Below are positions 19,133 through 28,779 of a stretch of 64,000 nt of DNA, piece after piece. A program made the position numbers and the translations under genes. Position 1 is the first letter of the stretch. Each line of letters starts with the position of its first letter. The DNA lies in NCBI GenBank assembly GCA_022790755.1, contig JAAVXR010000017.1, forward strand, positions 7,984-71,983. The letters run 5' to 3'. Below the pieces are notes generated by a model. It had not been told where the DNA came from, made no database searches, and saw nothing but the letters and a program-made list of their open reading frames with translations. The DNA is from Hespellia sp. Lineage in GTDB: Bacteria > Bacillota > Clostridia > Lachnospirales > Lachnospiraceae.

Positions 19133-20278
19133 ATGGAATATATCATTCAGATTTTCGCGGGTGGCTGGCATCATCAGCTCTACAGCGAGGAAGAGATTCT
19201 TGAAAAATTGGAACATATCACAGAACAAATTCAAGTCAAAGCTTTGATTATCGGCTGGAATTTGTCTTCGGAGTTATATCGCCATCTAGGGGAATATTTA
19301 AAAAAGAAAGGGATTGAAATGTATCTTTGGCTCCCGGTCTTTTCTGAAATTGGAGAGCTGGGAGATGTGGATGCTGTTGTGGACCTGTATGGGGACATCG
19401 CAGGGAAATATGAATTGCAGGAAGGGGAGTCATTCGAGTTTTTCTGTCCTTCCTCAGAGAAGAATACACAATTGCTATTACATATTTTTGAAACTTATTT
19501 TGCGGATTGTGGATTTGATGGCGTATTTTTAGATAAAATACGCTCCCAGTCTTTTGTTGTAGGAGCGACAGGCGTCATGAGTTGTTGCTGCGAGAGATGT
19601 CAGAAGATATATCGGGATCACGGATTGGATCTGGAGCGATTCCGAGAAAGTGTTGACAAAAAAGGGTTGTCCAGGATGCTAAGGCCGGCGGCAGCCTCTA
19701 CCTGGGAGACCGTTTCTTTTGAAGAGACGGAAACGGAACAATTTTTTAAAGCTAAGACTCAGGTGTACTATGAAGGAATAAAAAGAACTGTGCAATGTTT
19801 CCGAGAAAGAGGATATAAGATCGGAATGGATACGTTTTCACCAATGATTTCAGGGTTGGTGGGACAGGATATAAGAAGATTATTGGGACTTGCGGATTTT
19901 ATCAAGCCGATGATATATCGAAAGACGGACGCGCCGGCTGGAATTGGGTTTGAGTATAGAATGATGGAACAAGCAGTGTATGATCCAGAAAGCGACGAAG
20001 ATCGCCGATGGGACACGCCGGATATGTTTTCCGAAGCATTTATGAGACAGCAGTTGGGAGTAAAAGACAGTGATGCGCAGCGCAGGATTTATCCGGGAAT
20101 TGAAATCAATTACCGTGAAGACATTGCACGTACCGATGAGACCTATGTAAAGGACAGTCTTCGTATGGTAAGGAATATGGGATGCGGCGGTGCGGTATTA
20201 TCCTGGGATGTGATGCTGGCGCCGGAGGAACATATTAGATGTGCGGCGGATGTGCAGAGAAGGAGTAGGGAAGAATGA
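19133..20278 (+). CDS. Uncharacterised glycoside-hydrolase-like (probable TIM-barrel) protein
   Basis: FCPS...FDGVFLDKIR, CCCERC and ADFIKPMIY resemble GHL10/GH42-type segments; lies in a sugar operon; no signal peptide. Confidence 0.5.
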   Translation: MEYIIQIFAGGWHHQLYSEEEILEKLEHITEQIQVKALIIGWNLSSELYRHLGEYLKKKGIEMYLWLPVFSEIGELGDVDAVVDLYGDIAGKYELQEGESFEFFCPSSEKNTQLLLHIFETYFADCGFDGVFLDKIRSQSFVVGATGVMSCCCERCQKIYRDHGLDLERFRESVDKKGLSRMLRPAAASTWETVSFEETETEQFFKAKTQVYYEGIKRTVQCFRERGYKIGMDTFSPMISGLVGQDIRRLLGLADFIKPMIYRKTDAPAGIGFEYRMMEQAVYDPESDEDRRWDTPDMFSEAFMRQQLGVKDSDAQRRIYPGIEINYREDIARTDETYVKDSLRMVRNMGCGGAVLSWDVMLAPEEHIRCAADVQRRSREE

Positions 20279-21771
20279 GCAGCGTTCTGGAAATGAAAGG
20301 GATTAAGAAAAGTTTTTCGAATGTTGAGGTATTACACGGCGTCGATTTTTCTCTGGAAAAGGGAGAGATTCGCGCATTGCTTGGGGCGAATGGGGCCGGG
20401 AAATCTACGCTGATGAAGATTCTCTGTGGAATCTACAGCGCTACAGACGGAGAGATTCATCTGGAAGGAAAGCCAGTTTCCATTACACAGCCGAGTACAG
20501 CGAGCGAATTGGGAATCGCTATTGTGCATCAGGAGTTGAGTATTATTCCGACATTGACTGTTTTGCAGAATTTCTTTTTGGGAAGGGAAGAACTGTCGCA
20601 CGGGATACTGAAAGAAAAAGAGATGAGAAAGCAGTATCGGGAAATTTGTACGGAGTTTGAATTTGACATTGATCCGGACATCCAGGCGAGAAAACTTTCC
20701 GTTGCAAAGCAGCAGATGATCGAGATTATGAAAATTTTGAGTTTAGATGCAAAAATCATTGTATTGGACGAACCGACTACCTCGTTGACGGATGATGAAA
20801 AGAAGAATCTGTTTGGCTTGATCCGTCAGTTGAAAGAGAGAGAAAAGACGATCATCTATATATCTCATGTACTGGAAGAGATATTTTTGTTGGCTGATCA
20901 GGCGACGATAATGCGAAATGGAGAGATGGTGGGTACATGGCCGGTGAAAGAATTGACGATTCCGTTGATCAGCGAATATATGACCGGTAATAAAATAGAA
21001 CATGGACAGAGGGGGTCGACGGTACAGGAAAATATGCCGCCGGTTCTGGAAGTGAAAAATTTGTGTAATCAATCCGTACACGATGTAACGTTCTCGGTAA
21101 AGCCGGGCGAGGTACTCGGCCTTGCGGGTTTGATGGGAGCCGGGAGGAGTGAAATTGTGAGGGCCTTGTTTGGGGCAGATTCCAAGACGGCTGGGAGTAT
21201 CCAAATTGCTGGAAAGACTGTCAGAATCCGGACACCAAGAGACGCCATTCGCAGTGGAATTGGCCTGATCCCAGAAGATCGGAAGACAGAAGGGTTGATA
21301 TTGAAGCATGAGATTTTTAAAAATATGTCTATGGTTCAGTTGAAGAAATTGAAGAAACATTCTCTTCTTCATGAAAAGACAGAGAAGCAATTTGCGAAAC
21401 AGGCCGTGGAAAAGCTTTCAATTAAACTGAATAAGGTGACAGATCAGGTTGGAAATCTGAGTGGAGGAAATCAGCAGAAAGTAGTGGTTTCAAAATGGAT
21501 TTCGGAGGATTTTAAGGTTTTGATCTTTGATGAGCCCACAAAAGGAATTGATATCGGAGCGAAGGAAGATATTTTTCAGATCGTAGATGATTTTGCCAAG
21601 ATGGGGATTGGGATTATTTTTATATCTTCGGATTTGGAAGAGGTTATCCGGGTAGCAGACAGAATGCTGATCATAAGGGATGGCCAGGTGATTGAAGAAA
21701 TGGAAAACAAAGACGTGTCACAAAAGGATATTATGGAATCCATTTTACGGGGCGGAAAGAAAGTGGGATGA
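20275..21771 (+). CDS. Sugar ABC transporter ATP-binding protein (RbsA/MglA type)
   Basis: GANGAGKS, LDEPT, LSGGNQQKV; two ABC halves. Confidence 0.95.
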   Translation: MSSVLEMKGIKKSFSNVEVLHGVDFSLEKGEIRALLGANGAGKSTLMKILCGIYSATDGEIHLEGKPVSITQPSTASELGIAIVHQELSIIPTLTVLQNFFLGREELSHGILKEKEMRKQYREICTEFEFDIDPDIQARKLSVAKQQMIEIMKILSLDAKIIVLDEPTTSLTDDEKKNLFGLIRQLKEREKTIIYISHVLEEIFLLADQATIMRNGEMVGTWPVKELTIPLISEYMTGNKIEHGQRGSTVQENMPPVLEVKNLCNQSVHDVTFSVKPGEVLGLAGLMGAGRSEIVRALFGADSKTAGSIQIAGKTVRIRTPRDAIRSGIGLIPEDRKTEGLILKHEIFKNMSMVQLKKLKKHSLLHEKTEKQFAKQAVEKLSIKLNKVTDQVGNLSGGNQQKVVVSKWISEDFKVLIFDEPTKGIDIGAKEDIFQIVDDFAKMGIGIIFISSDLEEVIRVADRMLIIRDGQVIEEMENKDVSQKDIMESILRGGKKVG

Positions 21772-22724
21772 AAGCTATGAAAAATATGAAGAAAATTGAT
21801 TTGAGAAGTTATGGGGTGGTAATCGGACTGGTGATCCTATGTATCATTGTTTCTCTGATGGCTCCGTCGTTTTTTACAATTAGAAATATTTTGAATCTGT
21901 TGCGGCAGATTTCGATTGTAGGAATCATAGCTGCGGGAATGACGCTCGTGATCATTTCCGGAAATTTTGATATATCTGTGGGGTATATATGCTGTCTTGC
22001 AGGTGTTGTCACGGCAAAGCTTTTGAATATGGGAGTCCCGCTTTTGGTTTCGATGCTGGCTGTGTTGGTGGTAGGAGCGCTCACAGGTGTGTGTACAGGA
22101 TTTGTGGTTTCGGTAGTGCGGATACCGTCCATGATTGCGACGCTTGGAATGGGACAGGTGGTTAATGGTATTCTTCTGATGATCTGCCATGGTTATCCAC
22201 AGTCGATTGACAATGATGTGATGGATTTTATTGGAAAGGACGGAATTCTGGGGGTTCCGGTGCCTGTTTACTTCTTTTTGTTTTCTATTATTCTGGTGTC
22301 GTTTGTGCTGAAAAAGACAGAGTTTGGACGCCATATCTATGCAGTGGGTGGGAATGAAGAGGCCAGTCGTCTGTGTGGAATTCATACAAAAAAAGTAGTG
22401 ATTATGTTGTTTACGCTGAGTTCCATGTTGGCGGCGTTGTCTGGAATCATTTTGACAGCCCGTGTCGGTACGGCGACTGCCACGGCTGGCAGCGGCTATG
22501 AATTGGATGCGATTGCGGCGGTTGTGATTGGAGGAACTTGTGTATCCGGAGGCGAGGGAAGCGCGTGGAAGACGATCATTGGTGTCATGTTTATGGGGGT
22601 TATTTCCAATAGCTTTAACTTACTTCAGGTGGATGTATATTTCCAGTATGTTCTAAAAGGATTGATTATTCTGATTGCTGTAGGTTTTGACTGTGTCAGC
22701 AGAATGCGTGTGGAATCCAAGTGA
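21768..22724 (+). CDS. Sugar ABC transporter permease (RbsC type)
   Basis: FDISVG, YAVGGNEEAS, YELDAIAAVVIGG; hydrophobic. Confidence 0.95.
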   Translation: MKAMKNMKKIDLRSYGVVIGLVILCIIVSLMAPSFFTIRNILNLLRQISIVGIIAAGMTLVIISGNFDISVGYICCLAGVVTAKLLNMGVPLLVSMLAVLVVGALTGVCTGFVVSVVRIPSMIATLGMGQVVNGILLMICHGYPQSIDNDVMDFIGKDGILGVPVPVYFFLFSIILVSFVLKKTEFGRHIYAVGGNEEASRLCGIHTKKVVIMLFTLSSMLAALSGIILTARVGTATATAGSGYELDAIAAVVIGGTCVSGGEGSAWKTIIGVMFMGVISNSFNLLQVDVYFQYVLKGLIILIAVGFDCVSRMRVESK

Positions 22725-22832
22725 GCCTGCATGCGCTCACCAAGAGGAGATATTTAAGGGAAACTTAAATATAAAAAAAGAATCTGGACGGTTGTCCGGG
22801 AATGTTTCATTAAGAGAAGGAGGAAGGAACTT

Positions 22833-23843
22833 ATGAAAAAGACAATGAAGAAAATGTTGGCAATGTTGCTCGCAGTGGCGATGGTTGGTGTCATGCTGTT
22901 TGGCTGTGGCAATTCCGGAAATTCTGGTGGTTCAGACAGCGCTGGTGACAAAGGAGATGCGGCAGAAGACGGCGAAAAGACATACAAGGTAGCGGTACTG
23001 ATTGCCGGTTTGAATGCTTATTTTGAGGCAACGAGAGAGGGTGCAAACCAGGCGGCAGAAGAGTATGGTTTGGAGTTGACGTTCTACGATGGCGGATGGG
23101 ATGCAGAAACACAATTGTCTCAGATGGAAGACTGTATCACGCTTGGTTATGACATCATTGCGCTGGCTGCCTGTGACGCGGAAGGTATCGTACCTGGTAT
23201 TGAGGCAGCAAAAGAAGCTGGAATTCCAGTAGTAACATTTACGAATGCGGTTGGTTCTGATGAGTCTGGTATGGTGGACGGCGTGGTTTCATTCGTAGGA
23301 CAAAATGAAGTGACGACTGGAAAATTGTGCGCGCAGATGGCAGAAAATCTCCTCGGAGAAGAAGGTGGAAAAGTAGTTTGTCTGGAAGGTGTTGCAGGTA
23401 CATTCTGTCAGATTTACAGAGCAAAAGGATTTGAAGAAGGAATCGAAGGAACCAATATTGAGGTGGTATACAGTCAGGTTGCAGATTGGAGCAAAGAGAC
23501 TGCAATGTCTATCATAGAGGATTGTATTTCATCTGGATTAGAGTTTGATCTGGTATTCTGTCAGGACGATGGGATGGCAGCAGGTGCAGGACAGGCCCTT
23601 GAAGAGGCTGGACTCAAAGACAAAGTAAAAGTAATCGGAATCGGTGGTTCCAAGGATGGATTTAAGGCGATGGAAGATGGCCTGATTGATGGTGATACCT
23701 TCATGTCTGCAGTGGAGGAAGGACATACAGCCATCGAAGTATGTAACAAGTATCTGACAGGGGAAGAGGTTCCAGAACGTACAGAGTTAGTTCAGGTAGA
23801 AGTGACATTGGATAATATGGGTGATTTTGAACCAGAGTGGTAG
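22833..23843 (+). CDS. Sugar ABC substrate-binding lipoprotein (RbsB type)
   Basis: Lipobox LFGC; AGIPVV, VFCQDDGMAAGA. Confidence 0.9.
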   Translation: MKKTMKKMLAMLLAVAMVGVMLFGCGNSGNSGGSDSAGDKGDAAEDGEKTYKVAVLIAGLNAYFEATREGANQAAEEYGLELTFYDGGWDAETQLSQMEDCITLGYDIIALAACDAEGIVPGIEAAKEAGIPVVTFTNAVGSDESGMVDGVVSFVGQNEVTTGKLCAQMAENLLGEEGGKVVCLEGVAGTFCQIYRAKGFEEGIEGTNIEVVYSQVADWSKETAMSIIEDCISSGLEFDLVFCQDDGMAAGAGQALEEAGLKDKVKVIGIGGSKDGFKAMEDGLIDGDTFMSAVEEGHTAIEVCNKYLTGEEVPERTELVQVEVTLDNMGDFEPEW

Positions 23844-23853
23844 AATCGAGTCG

Positions 23854-24723
23854 ATGAATATGCAAAAAAATGTCTTTTCAATTGATATTGGTGGTACAAA
23901 CATAAAATGTGCTACAGTATTTGCCGATGGTTCAATTAGTAATCATCAGACGTTTGCGACGCCAGTTGACTATACGGGACAGGAGTTATTACAATTTTTT
24001 GGTCAGTTTATTGAAAAAAATTTGACGGAAGAAACGATTGGGATCGGAATATCGACTCTTGGCGTGGTCAATGAAAAGGAAGGGATCGTTACGGGAGCTT
24101 GCAGTAATCTTTCTGCAATCAAAGGAATTTTGCTGAAAAAGGAGCTGGAACGAAAGTTTTCACTTCCTGTGAAAGTCATGAATGATGTCAACGCCGCGGC
24201 GTTGGGAGAACGGTTTTACGGAGCCGGTCGGGACCTACAGCAGTTTTTTTGCATCACTCTGGGAACCGGAATTGGAGGAGCTTTTGTCTATCGTGGAGAA
24301 ATCATTGAAGGAGCGAACGGCCTTCTGGGAGAGGTGGGTTATTTACTGACCGATAAAACCGGAAGTTATGAAGATCGAGCTTCCGCAAAAGCGTTGATGC
24401 AGAAGTACGGCGAGAGACAGGCATGTCAGACGACGCTGGACCCTCATTCGGAGATTTTTTCCAGATGGGTACAGGAAGTGGCAAGAGGATTGTGTGAGAT
24501 CATTTATGTGTTGGACCCCGGAGTTGTTATTATCGGAGGCGGGATCTCGAAACAGGGGAAGTCACTTACAGAGCCGATCCAGGCACAGATTGATAAAATT
24601 ATCATTAGAGAATTTCGTGAAAAAACCCGGATTATCCCTGCAAAAGCCGGAAACGCGGCTAGTTTGATGGGTGTAGCAGCAACATTTTTTTGCGAAGATG
24701 ATACGAGGAAGGTTGAAGACTGA
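23854..24723 (+). CDS. ROK family sugar kinase
   Basis: DIGGT, NDVNAAALGE, TLGTGIGG, GEVGY; no HTH and no CxCG zinc motif. Alternative start at 23860. Confidence 0.9.
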   Translation: MNMQKNVFSIDIGGTNIKCATVFADGSISNHQTFATPVDYTGQELLQFFGQFIEKNLTEETIGIGISTLGVVNEKEGIVTGACSNLSAIKGILLKKELERKFSLPVKVMNDVNAAALGERFYGAGRDLQQFFCITLGTGIGGAFVYRGEIIEGANGLLGEVGYLLTDKTGSYEDRASAKALMQKYGERQACQTTLDPHSEIFSRWVQEVARGLCEIIYVLDPGVVIIGGGISKQGKSLTEPIQAQIDKIIIREFREKTRIIPAKAGNAASLMGVAATFFCEDDTRKVED

Positions 24724-24762
24724 AGAAGAGCCCTGTGAGAACAGCGGTGATTGCGAAAAATG

Positions 24763-24811
24763 AAAATGAGGACGGAGATCATATGGAAATGATTCATTCC
24801 GTCCTTATTTT
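24763..24811. terminator. Probable bidirectional terminator between convergent operons
   Basis: AAAATGAGGACGGA / TCCGTCCTTATTTT arms (13/14). Confidence 0.65.
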
Positions 24812-24858
24812 ATTGCAATTTTTAAAGTTGTATGAGATGGGAATCAGAACCCTATGGT

Positions 24859-25227
24859 TCAGGCTTCTGCCAGTGCTTTATCCAGGGCGGACAGAACTTG
24901 TTCTGATTCGAAAGGCTTGAAAATAAATCCTTTTGCACCGATTTCATTGGCTTCGTCGATCGTATCATCGTATGCCAAAGAGGACAACATGACGATTTTG
25001 GCATCTGGATGATCTTCTATGATTGTGCGGGCTGTTTCCAGACCGTCCATACCTGGCATAATAATATCCATTGTTACCACGTCCGGATGAATTTCGTTAT
25101 ACTGATCAATAGCTGTTTCCCCGTCCTGGCAGTAAGCAGCTATTTCATAATTCGTATTTTCCAGCAGTTTTTGCATCTGCAGGTAAGTTACCCGCGAATC
25201 ATCGACTACCATGACTCGATTTCCCAT
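24859..25227 (-). CDS. Single-domain CheY-like response regulator
   Basis: VVDDS, TMDIIMPGMDG, MLSS, FKPF. Confidence 0.9.
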   Translation of the reverse strand: MGNRVMVVDDSRVTYLQMQKLLENTNYEIAAYCQDGETAIDQYNEIHPDVVTMDIIMPGMDGLETARTIIEDHPDAKIVMLSSLAYDDTIDEANEIGAKGFIFKPFESEQVLSALDKALAEA

Positions 25228-25255
25228 ATGATATCGCTCCTTTTTTATTAATGGA

Positions 25256-25735
25256 TTATTTTTGATTTGGAATGTAATGAATCAACTGAACGCCTTTGCT
25301 TCGCTTACTGAAATAATCAATCTCAAATTGTTGCTGAAAACCTTCCGGTTGATAGTGCCCATGGTGAAAAGTGGGTACGAGAAAACGAGAAGGTACTTTT
25401 GTGATTTGATATAATTCAGAGGCAATATGTCCACATAGTATGTTTAAGTATTCTTTGGTAAAGTCTTCTACATACTGGAGGGAAACGTCTTCTGTCTGCA
25501 ACATAAATCGCGTCAGTCTTGTAAAAAAGTTGATTCCAGCACTGAAAGATAGGCCGGAATAAAATCCTTTGTTAAATGAAGTATATACGGTACAGAGTTC
25601 TCCATATGGAGGAGCGTTTCCCGGATGCAGTTGAATTCCTGCAACTTCCTTTGTGACATTTCTGGTAACTTGGTCAAATACTTTTTGCAGGTCTTCCTGT
25701 GACATGTAAGTATCCATACGGATGTCTCCTTCCAT
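25256..25735 (-). CDS. CheX/CheC-family phosphatase-like protein
   Basis: DFTKEYLNILCGHI carries the ExxN motif; VPT motif; ~155 aa; adjacent to a CheY-like gene. Confidence 0.7.
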   Translation of the reverse strand: MEGDIRMDTYMSQEDLQKVFDQVTRNVTKEVAGIQLHPGNAPPYGELCTVYTSFNKGFYSGLSFSAGINFFTRLTRFMLQTEDVSLQYVEDFTKEYLNILCGHIASELYQITKVPSRFLVPTFHHGHYQPEGFQQQFEIDYFSKRSKGVQLIHYIPNQK

Positions 25736-25795
25736 AATATTTAAAAATCCGCCGCTGAATAGGCGACATAAATCCTGGGATATCTAAATGAAGGT

Positions 25796-27580
25796 TTACA
25801 ATTTCAGACAAATCTCTCCGTCTTCCAGAGTTGCAGTGCAGTGCGATGTTTCGTCTTTTAAATGAAGAGTGGCCTCACCGATCGTAATCTCTGTTCCGGG
25901 ATAAGCAATGCCGCATACCAGACGAGGGTTTATTTGATCCGGAGTATCCTCGTTTAGCTCTTCTAATAGTTTTTCATATTGTTGCAGTTTGTTTTTATTG
26001 ACCGAAAGTTTCATCCGAACCATCGGGAGATTGCGAAGTTTTGCAGGACTATCTGGCTGACGTTCGATTTTTTCATACTCTTTTTCCAATTGTTCGATTT
26101 CCCAGAGTATATTTTCATATTCAAAGTCTTCACTGGGAGCCCCGCCCAAGGATATTGCAGTGATAATTCCAGATTTTGAACCGACAGTATTAGCCTTTAC
26201 TCCACTGGCAGCGCGTATGCGTCCGCCGATGATAATGCCACGTCCAGAGGATACATCAACCATGCCATCACTGTATACATCGCTGTTGATGATGCAATCT
26301 GTCTGTAAATTTTCTCTGGTGCATATGCTACTATTCTCCAAGTATTTTGTGAAAATACTGCGCCCAGCTCGAATGATGGCCTGGCCGTCGCCTTTGACCC
26401 CTTTTACGACAAGCAAGCTGCCGCCAGCCTCTATAGAGCAGGCTTCCACGACACCATCTACGTGAATGTTGCCCATAGCGCGGACGGTGAAACCACTGCG
26501 TACATCTCCTCGTATGTGGAGATCCCCCATGAAATTAATGTTTCCAGTGGAGTAATCTACATCGCCTCCGATATCCATTACCGGTTTGATCTGAAAATTA
26601 CGCCCATCAAACTCTACGTGTCCCGACTTGGAAGCTATCAACTTGCTTTCATCTTCAGTCAACTCCGTGTTCCGTCCCTTGGGAACAGATACTTTTTTTC
26701 CATCTTTGGCAGGGAGGGTATGATTGAGCACGGTGGTACCAGGATTGCCCATGGTAGGTGGAAAGATCTGGCAAATGAGATCGCCCTCGTTTACATTATT
26801 TACCAGATTTAATTCCGCATAGTTTACGCGGCCATGTTCATCGACAGGAACTGTCTTATTGGTTTTGCGAGGGAAGGAATCTATGGTATAACCGTCCTTA
26901 CCGTGAACAGGGGATTGACCCTGTGCAATCAAAAATAAATGGAAATATCGCTCCGAATGTTCCGGTAGAGCGTCCAGTAAATCTTTGTTTACACCGAAGC
27001 TAATCTGTTGTTCATCTAAAGCCTGCGTTAGCATATTGCGATTCAATTCCTGGCCTTCTCCAACAGGGGGATAAATCAACAGCCATGCATGCATTTGATC
27101 ATAAGTCAGGAATGTTATAACTTGTGCATCCAGATCGGGAACAGAAGGTTCTAATTCATCTGTTGTTGTATCTTCTTCTGCCTCCTGTTCGGAATCTGAT
27201 TCGGAAGTCGATTGAGCGAGAGGCTCTTGTTCCGGAGGAACGGCCATGAGTAAACGAGATTCCGCGGTAGAAGTAATCAGCGATTCCAAGTGAGATAATT
27301 CTTTCTTGAGTTCTTCTGCATCCAATATCTCGCGTTGCTCCGTAGGTCCTTCCAGGCGCAATACGGGAACGGGCATCCATTCCTTTTGATCGGTCCATAT
27401 GCGCCATAGTTGAATCAATGCATGATCATCGGAGAGCGCTAGCTGGGTTGGATCAAGAGGAGGTGCAGAATCGGGAATCGAAGGAGTCGTTTCCTGCACT
27501 TCCGGGGATATCGTTTCTTCTTCAATTTGTGTTGAGTGGGTACCAAATATTTTGGATAGTATAATATTCTTGAGAGACAT
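25796..27580 (-). CDS. FapA / DUF342 family protein
   Basis: IAQG..PVHGKDG, PPTMGNPG, VDYSTGNINF, beta-helix segment, C-terminal coiled coil and YPGTEITIG. Confidence 0.85.
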   Translation of the reverse strand: MSLKNIILSKIFGTHSTQIEEETISPEVQETTPSIPDSAPPLDPTQLALSDDHALIQLWRIWTDQKEWMPVPVLRLEGPTEQREILDAEELKKELSHLESLITSTAESRLLMAVPPEQEPLAQSTSESDSEQEAEEDTTTDELEPSVPDLDAQVITFLTYDQMHAWLLIYPPVGEGQELNRNMLTQALDEQQISFGVNKDLLDALPEHSERYFHLFLIAQGQSPVHGKDGYTIDSFPRKTNKTVPVDEHGRVNYAELNLVNNVNEGDLICQIFPPTMGNPGTTVLNHTLPAKDGKKVSVPKGRNTELTEDESKLIASKSGHVEFDGRNFQIKPVMDIGGDVDYSTGNINFMGDLHIRGDVRSGFTVRAMGNIHVDGVVEACSIEAGGSLLVVKGVKGDGQAIIRAGRSIFTKYLENSSICTRENLQTDCIINSDVYSDGMVDVSSGRGIIIGGRIRAASGVKANTVGSKSGIITAISLGGAPSEDFEYENILWEIEQLEKEYEKIERQPDSPAKLRNLPMVRMKLSVNKNKLQQYEKLLEELNEDTPDQINPRLVCGIAYPGTEITIGEATLHLKDETSHCTATLEDGEICLKL

Positions 27581-27660
27581 ATGATCCCACCTCCTGCGTC
27601 ATTGTTGTGTGGTAAAAAATGTATAGAAAATACATTTTTCATAGAATGATATATGTAAAT

Positions 27661-27689
27661 ATCGTAGCAAGCCCGTATAGTTTTGTCAA
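27661..27689 (-). promoter_or_regulatory. Sigma-A promoter for fapA-cheX-cheY
   Basis: Minus strand TTGACA-N17-TACGAT with extended -10 TG. Confidence 0.65.
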
Positions 27690-27707
27690 GCAACTTGCAG
27701 ATTCTTT

Positions 27708-28115
27708 TTACCCATCTTTTCCGTTGAATAGTAGAGTGGGATGTTCTTCCAGTACTTGATAAAAACTCTTATCAAAGTGCACGTAAAATGCGAGATAAAA
27801 AATCATATCCCGAGGGGCTCGGATATCTTTCAGCTCCTTTCCGATATATTTTTTCTTTTGCTCTTCATCCATGCATCCCCAGCACCGATTTCCCATACGT
27901 TCAATTTGACGGGCAACTGCACGGTCTTTCTTATTCATCTCTTTTGCGATCTTGGGATAAATATCTTTTGTGACATAGATCTCATCCATTGGAATATTCT
28001 CTGTGAACATCAGTCGCTCTGCTTCACAGATCGCATAGGCAAATGTAAGGATGTCTCCGGTTCCTGGTCCAATGATTTCGTGAATTATACGGCTTTCTTT
28101 GATAATCTGCATCAT
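27708..28115 (-). CDS. Stand-alone Spo0A C-terminal DNA-binding domain protein
   Basis: VTKDIYPKIAKEMNKKDRAVARQIERMGNRCW resembles the Spo0A [32 protein letters not shown] segment; no receiver domain. Confidence 0.7.
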   Translation of the reverse strand: MMQIIKESRIIHEIIGPGTGDILTFAYAICEAERLMFTENIPMDEIYVTKDIYPKIAKEMNKKDRAVARQIERMGNRCWGCMDEEQKKKYIGKELKDIRAPRDMIFYLAFYVHFDKSFYQVLEEHPTLLFNGKDG

Positions 28116-28170
28116 ACCTAATACTCCTTTGATAAGTTAGTAGCTTTAGCATATGACAGATTTTCCCATT

Positions 28171-28197
28171 TTTGACACTGTGCGACAAATTTCGACA
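28171..28197 (-). promoter_or_regulatory. Three tandem 0A-box-like motifs (10-bp period)
   Basis: Minus strand TGTCGAA-att-TGTCGCA-cag-TGTCAAA; the first matches the TGNCGAA consensus exactly. Confidence 0.6.
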
Positions 28198-28287
28198 AAA
28201 AGATTTCTTTATAGATATTCGTTAACGATTTTTGAGTTGTACTTTTGTTAGAAATGATGCATACTAAGGGGGAAGGGAGGAAGAAGT

Positions 28288-28779
28288 ATGTTCCATGAGG
28301 AGAAAGCGGTTGAGTTGTTTTTGAGTGGTTGTAATTGTTCACAGTCAGTATTTTGTGCCTTTACAGATAAGACAGGCCTTGAGGAAAGCTTTGCAAGGCG
28401 GATGGCGTCCCCGTTTGGAGGCGGAATGGGACGTCTTCGGGAGGTGTGCGGAGCAGTGACTGGTATGTTGATGGTATTAGGTATTCTGTATGGATATGAT
28501 GATGTAGAAGATAAAGCGTTAAAAAAAGAGCTTTATGAGAGAGTGCAAGATATCACCAAACAGTTTGAGACAGAAAATGGTTCAATTATATGCAGAGAGC
28601 TGTTGGGGCTGCAGGAAAAGCACAGCAGTCCAACACCGCAGGATAGGACGCCGGAATATTACAAAACGCGTCCCTGTGCGGCGAAGGTTCAGAGTGCGGC
28701 GAGAATTTTGGAAAAATATCTTCAGGAGCTGGAACAAGAATCTGATATTACAGGAGAAGAATCGTCTTCTTCCAATTGA
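28288..28779 (+). CDS. C-GCAxxG-C-C family putative redox protein
   Basis: NCSQSV, FGGGMG, VCGAVTG, ICRELL, C-terminal Cys. Confidence 0.9.
   Translation: MFHEEKAVELFLSGCNCSQSVFCAFTDKTGLEESFARRMASPFGGGMGRLREVCGAVTGMLMVLGILYGYDDVEDKALKKELYERVQDITKQFETENGSIICRELLGLQEKHSSPTPQDRTPEYYKTRPCAAKVQSAARILEKYLQELEQESDITGEESSSSN

Noticed and set aside
24746-24825. GGTGATTGCGAAA...TTGCAATT around a hairpin, similar to the MITE ends
   Set aside because: Only a 12/13 match at one end, an unrelated interior and no flanking duplication; better explained as a terminator.
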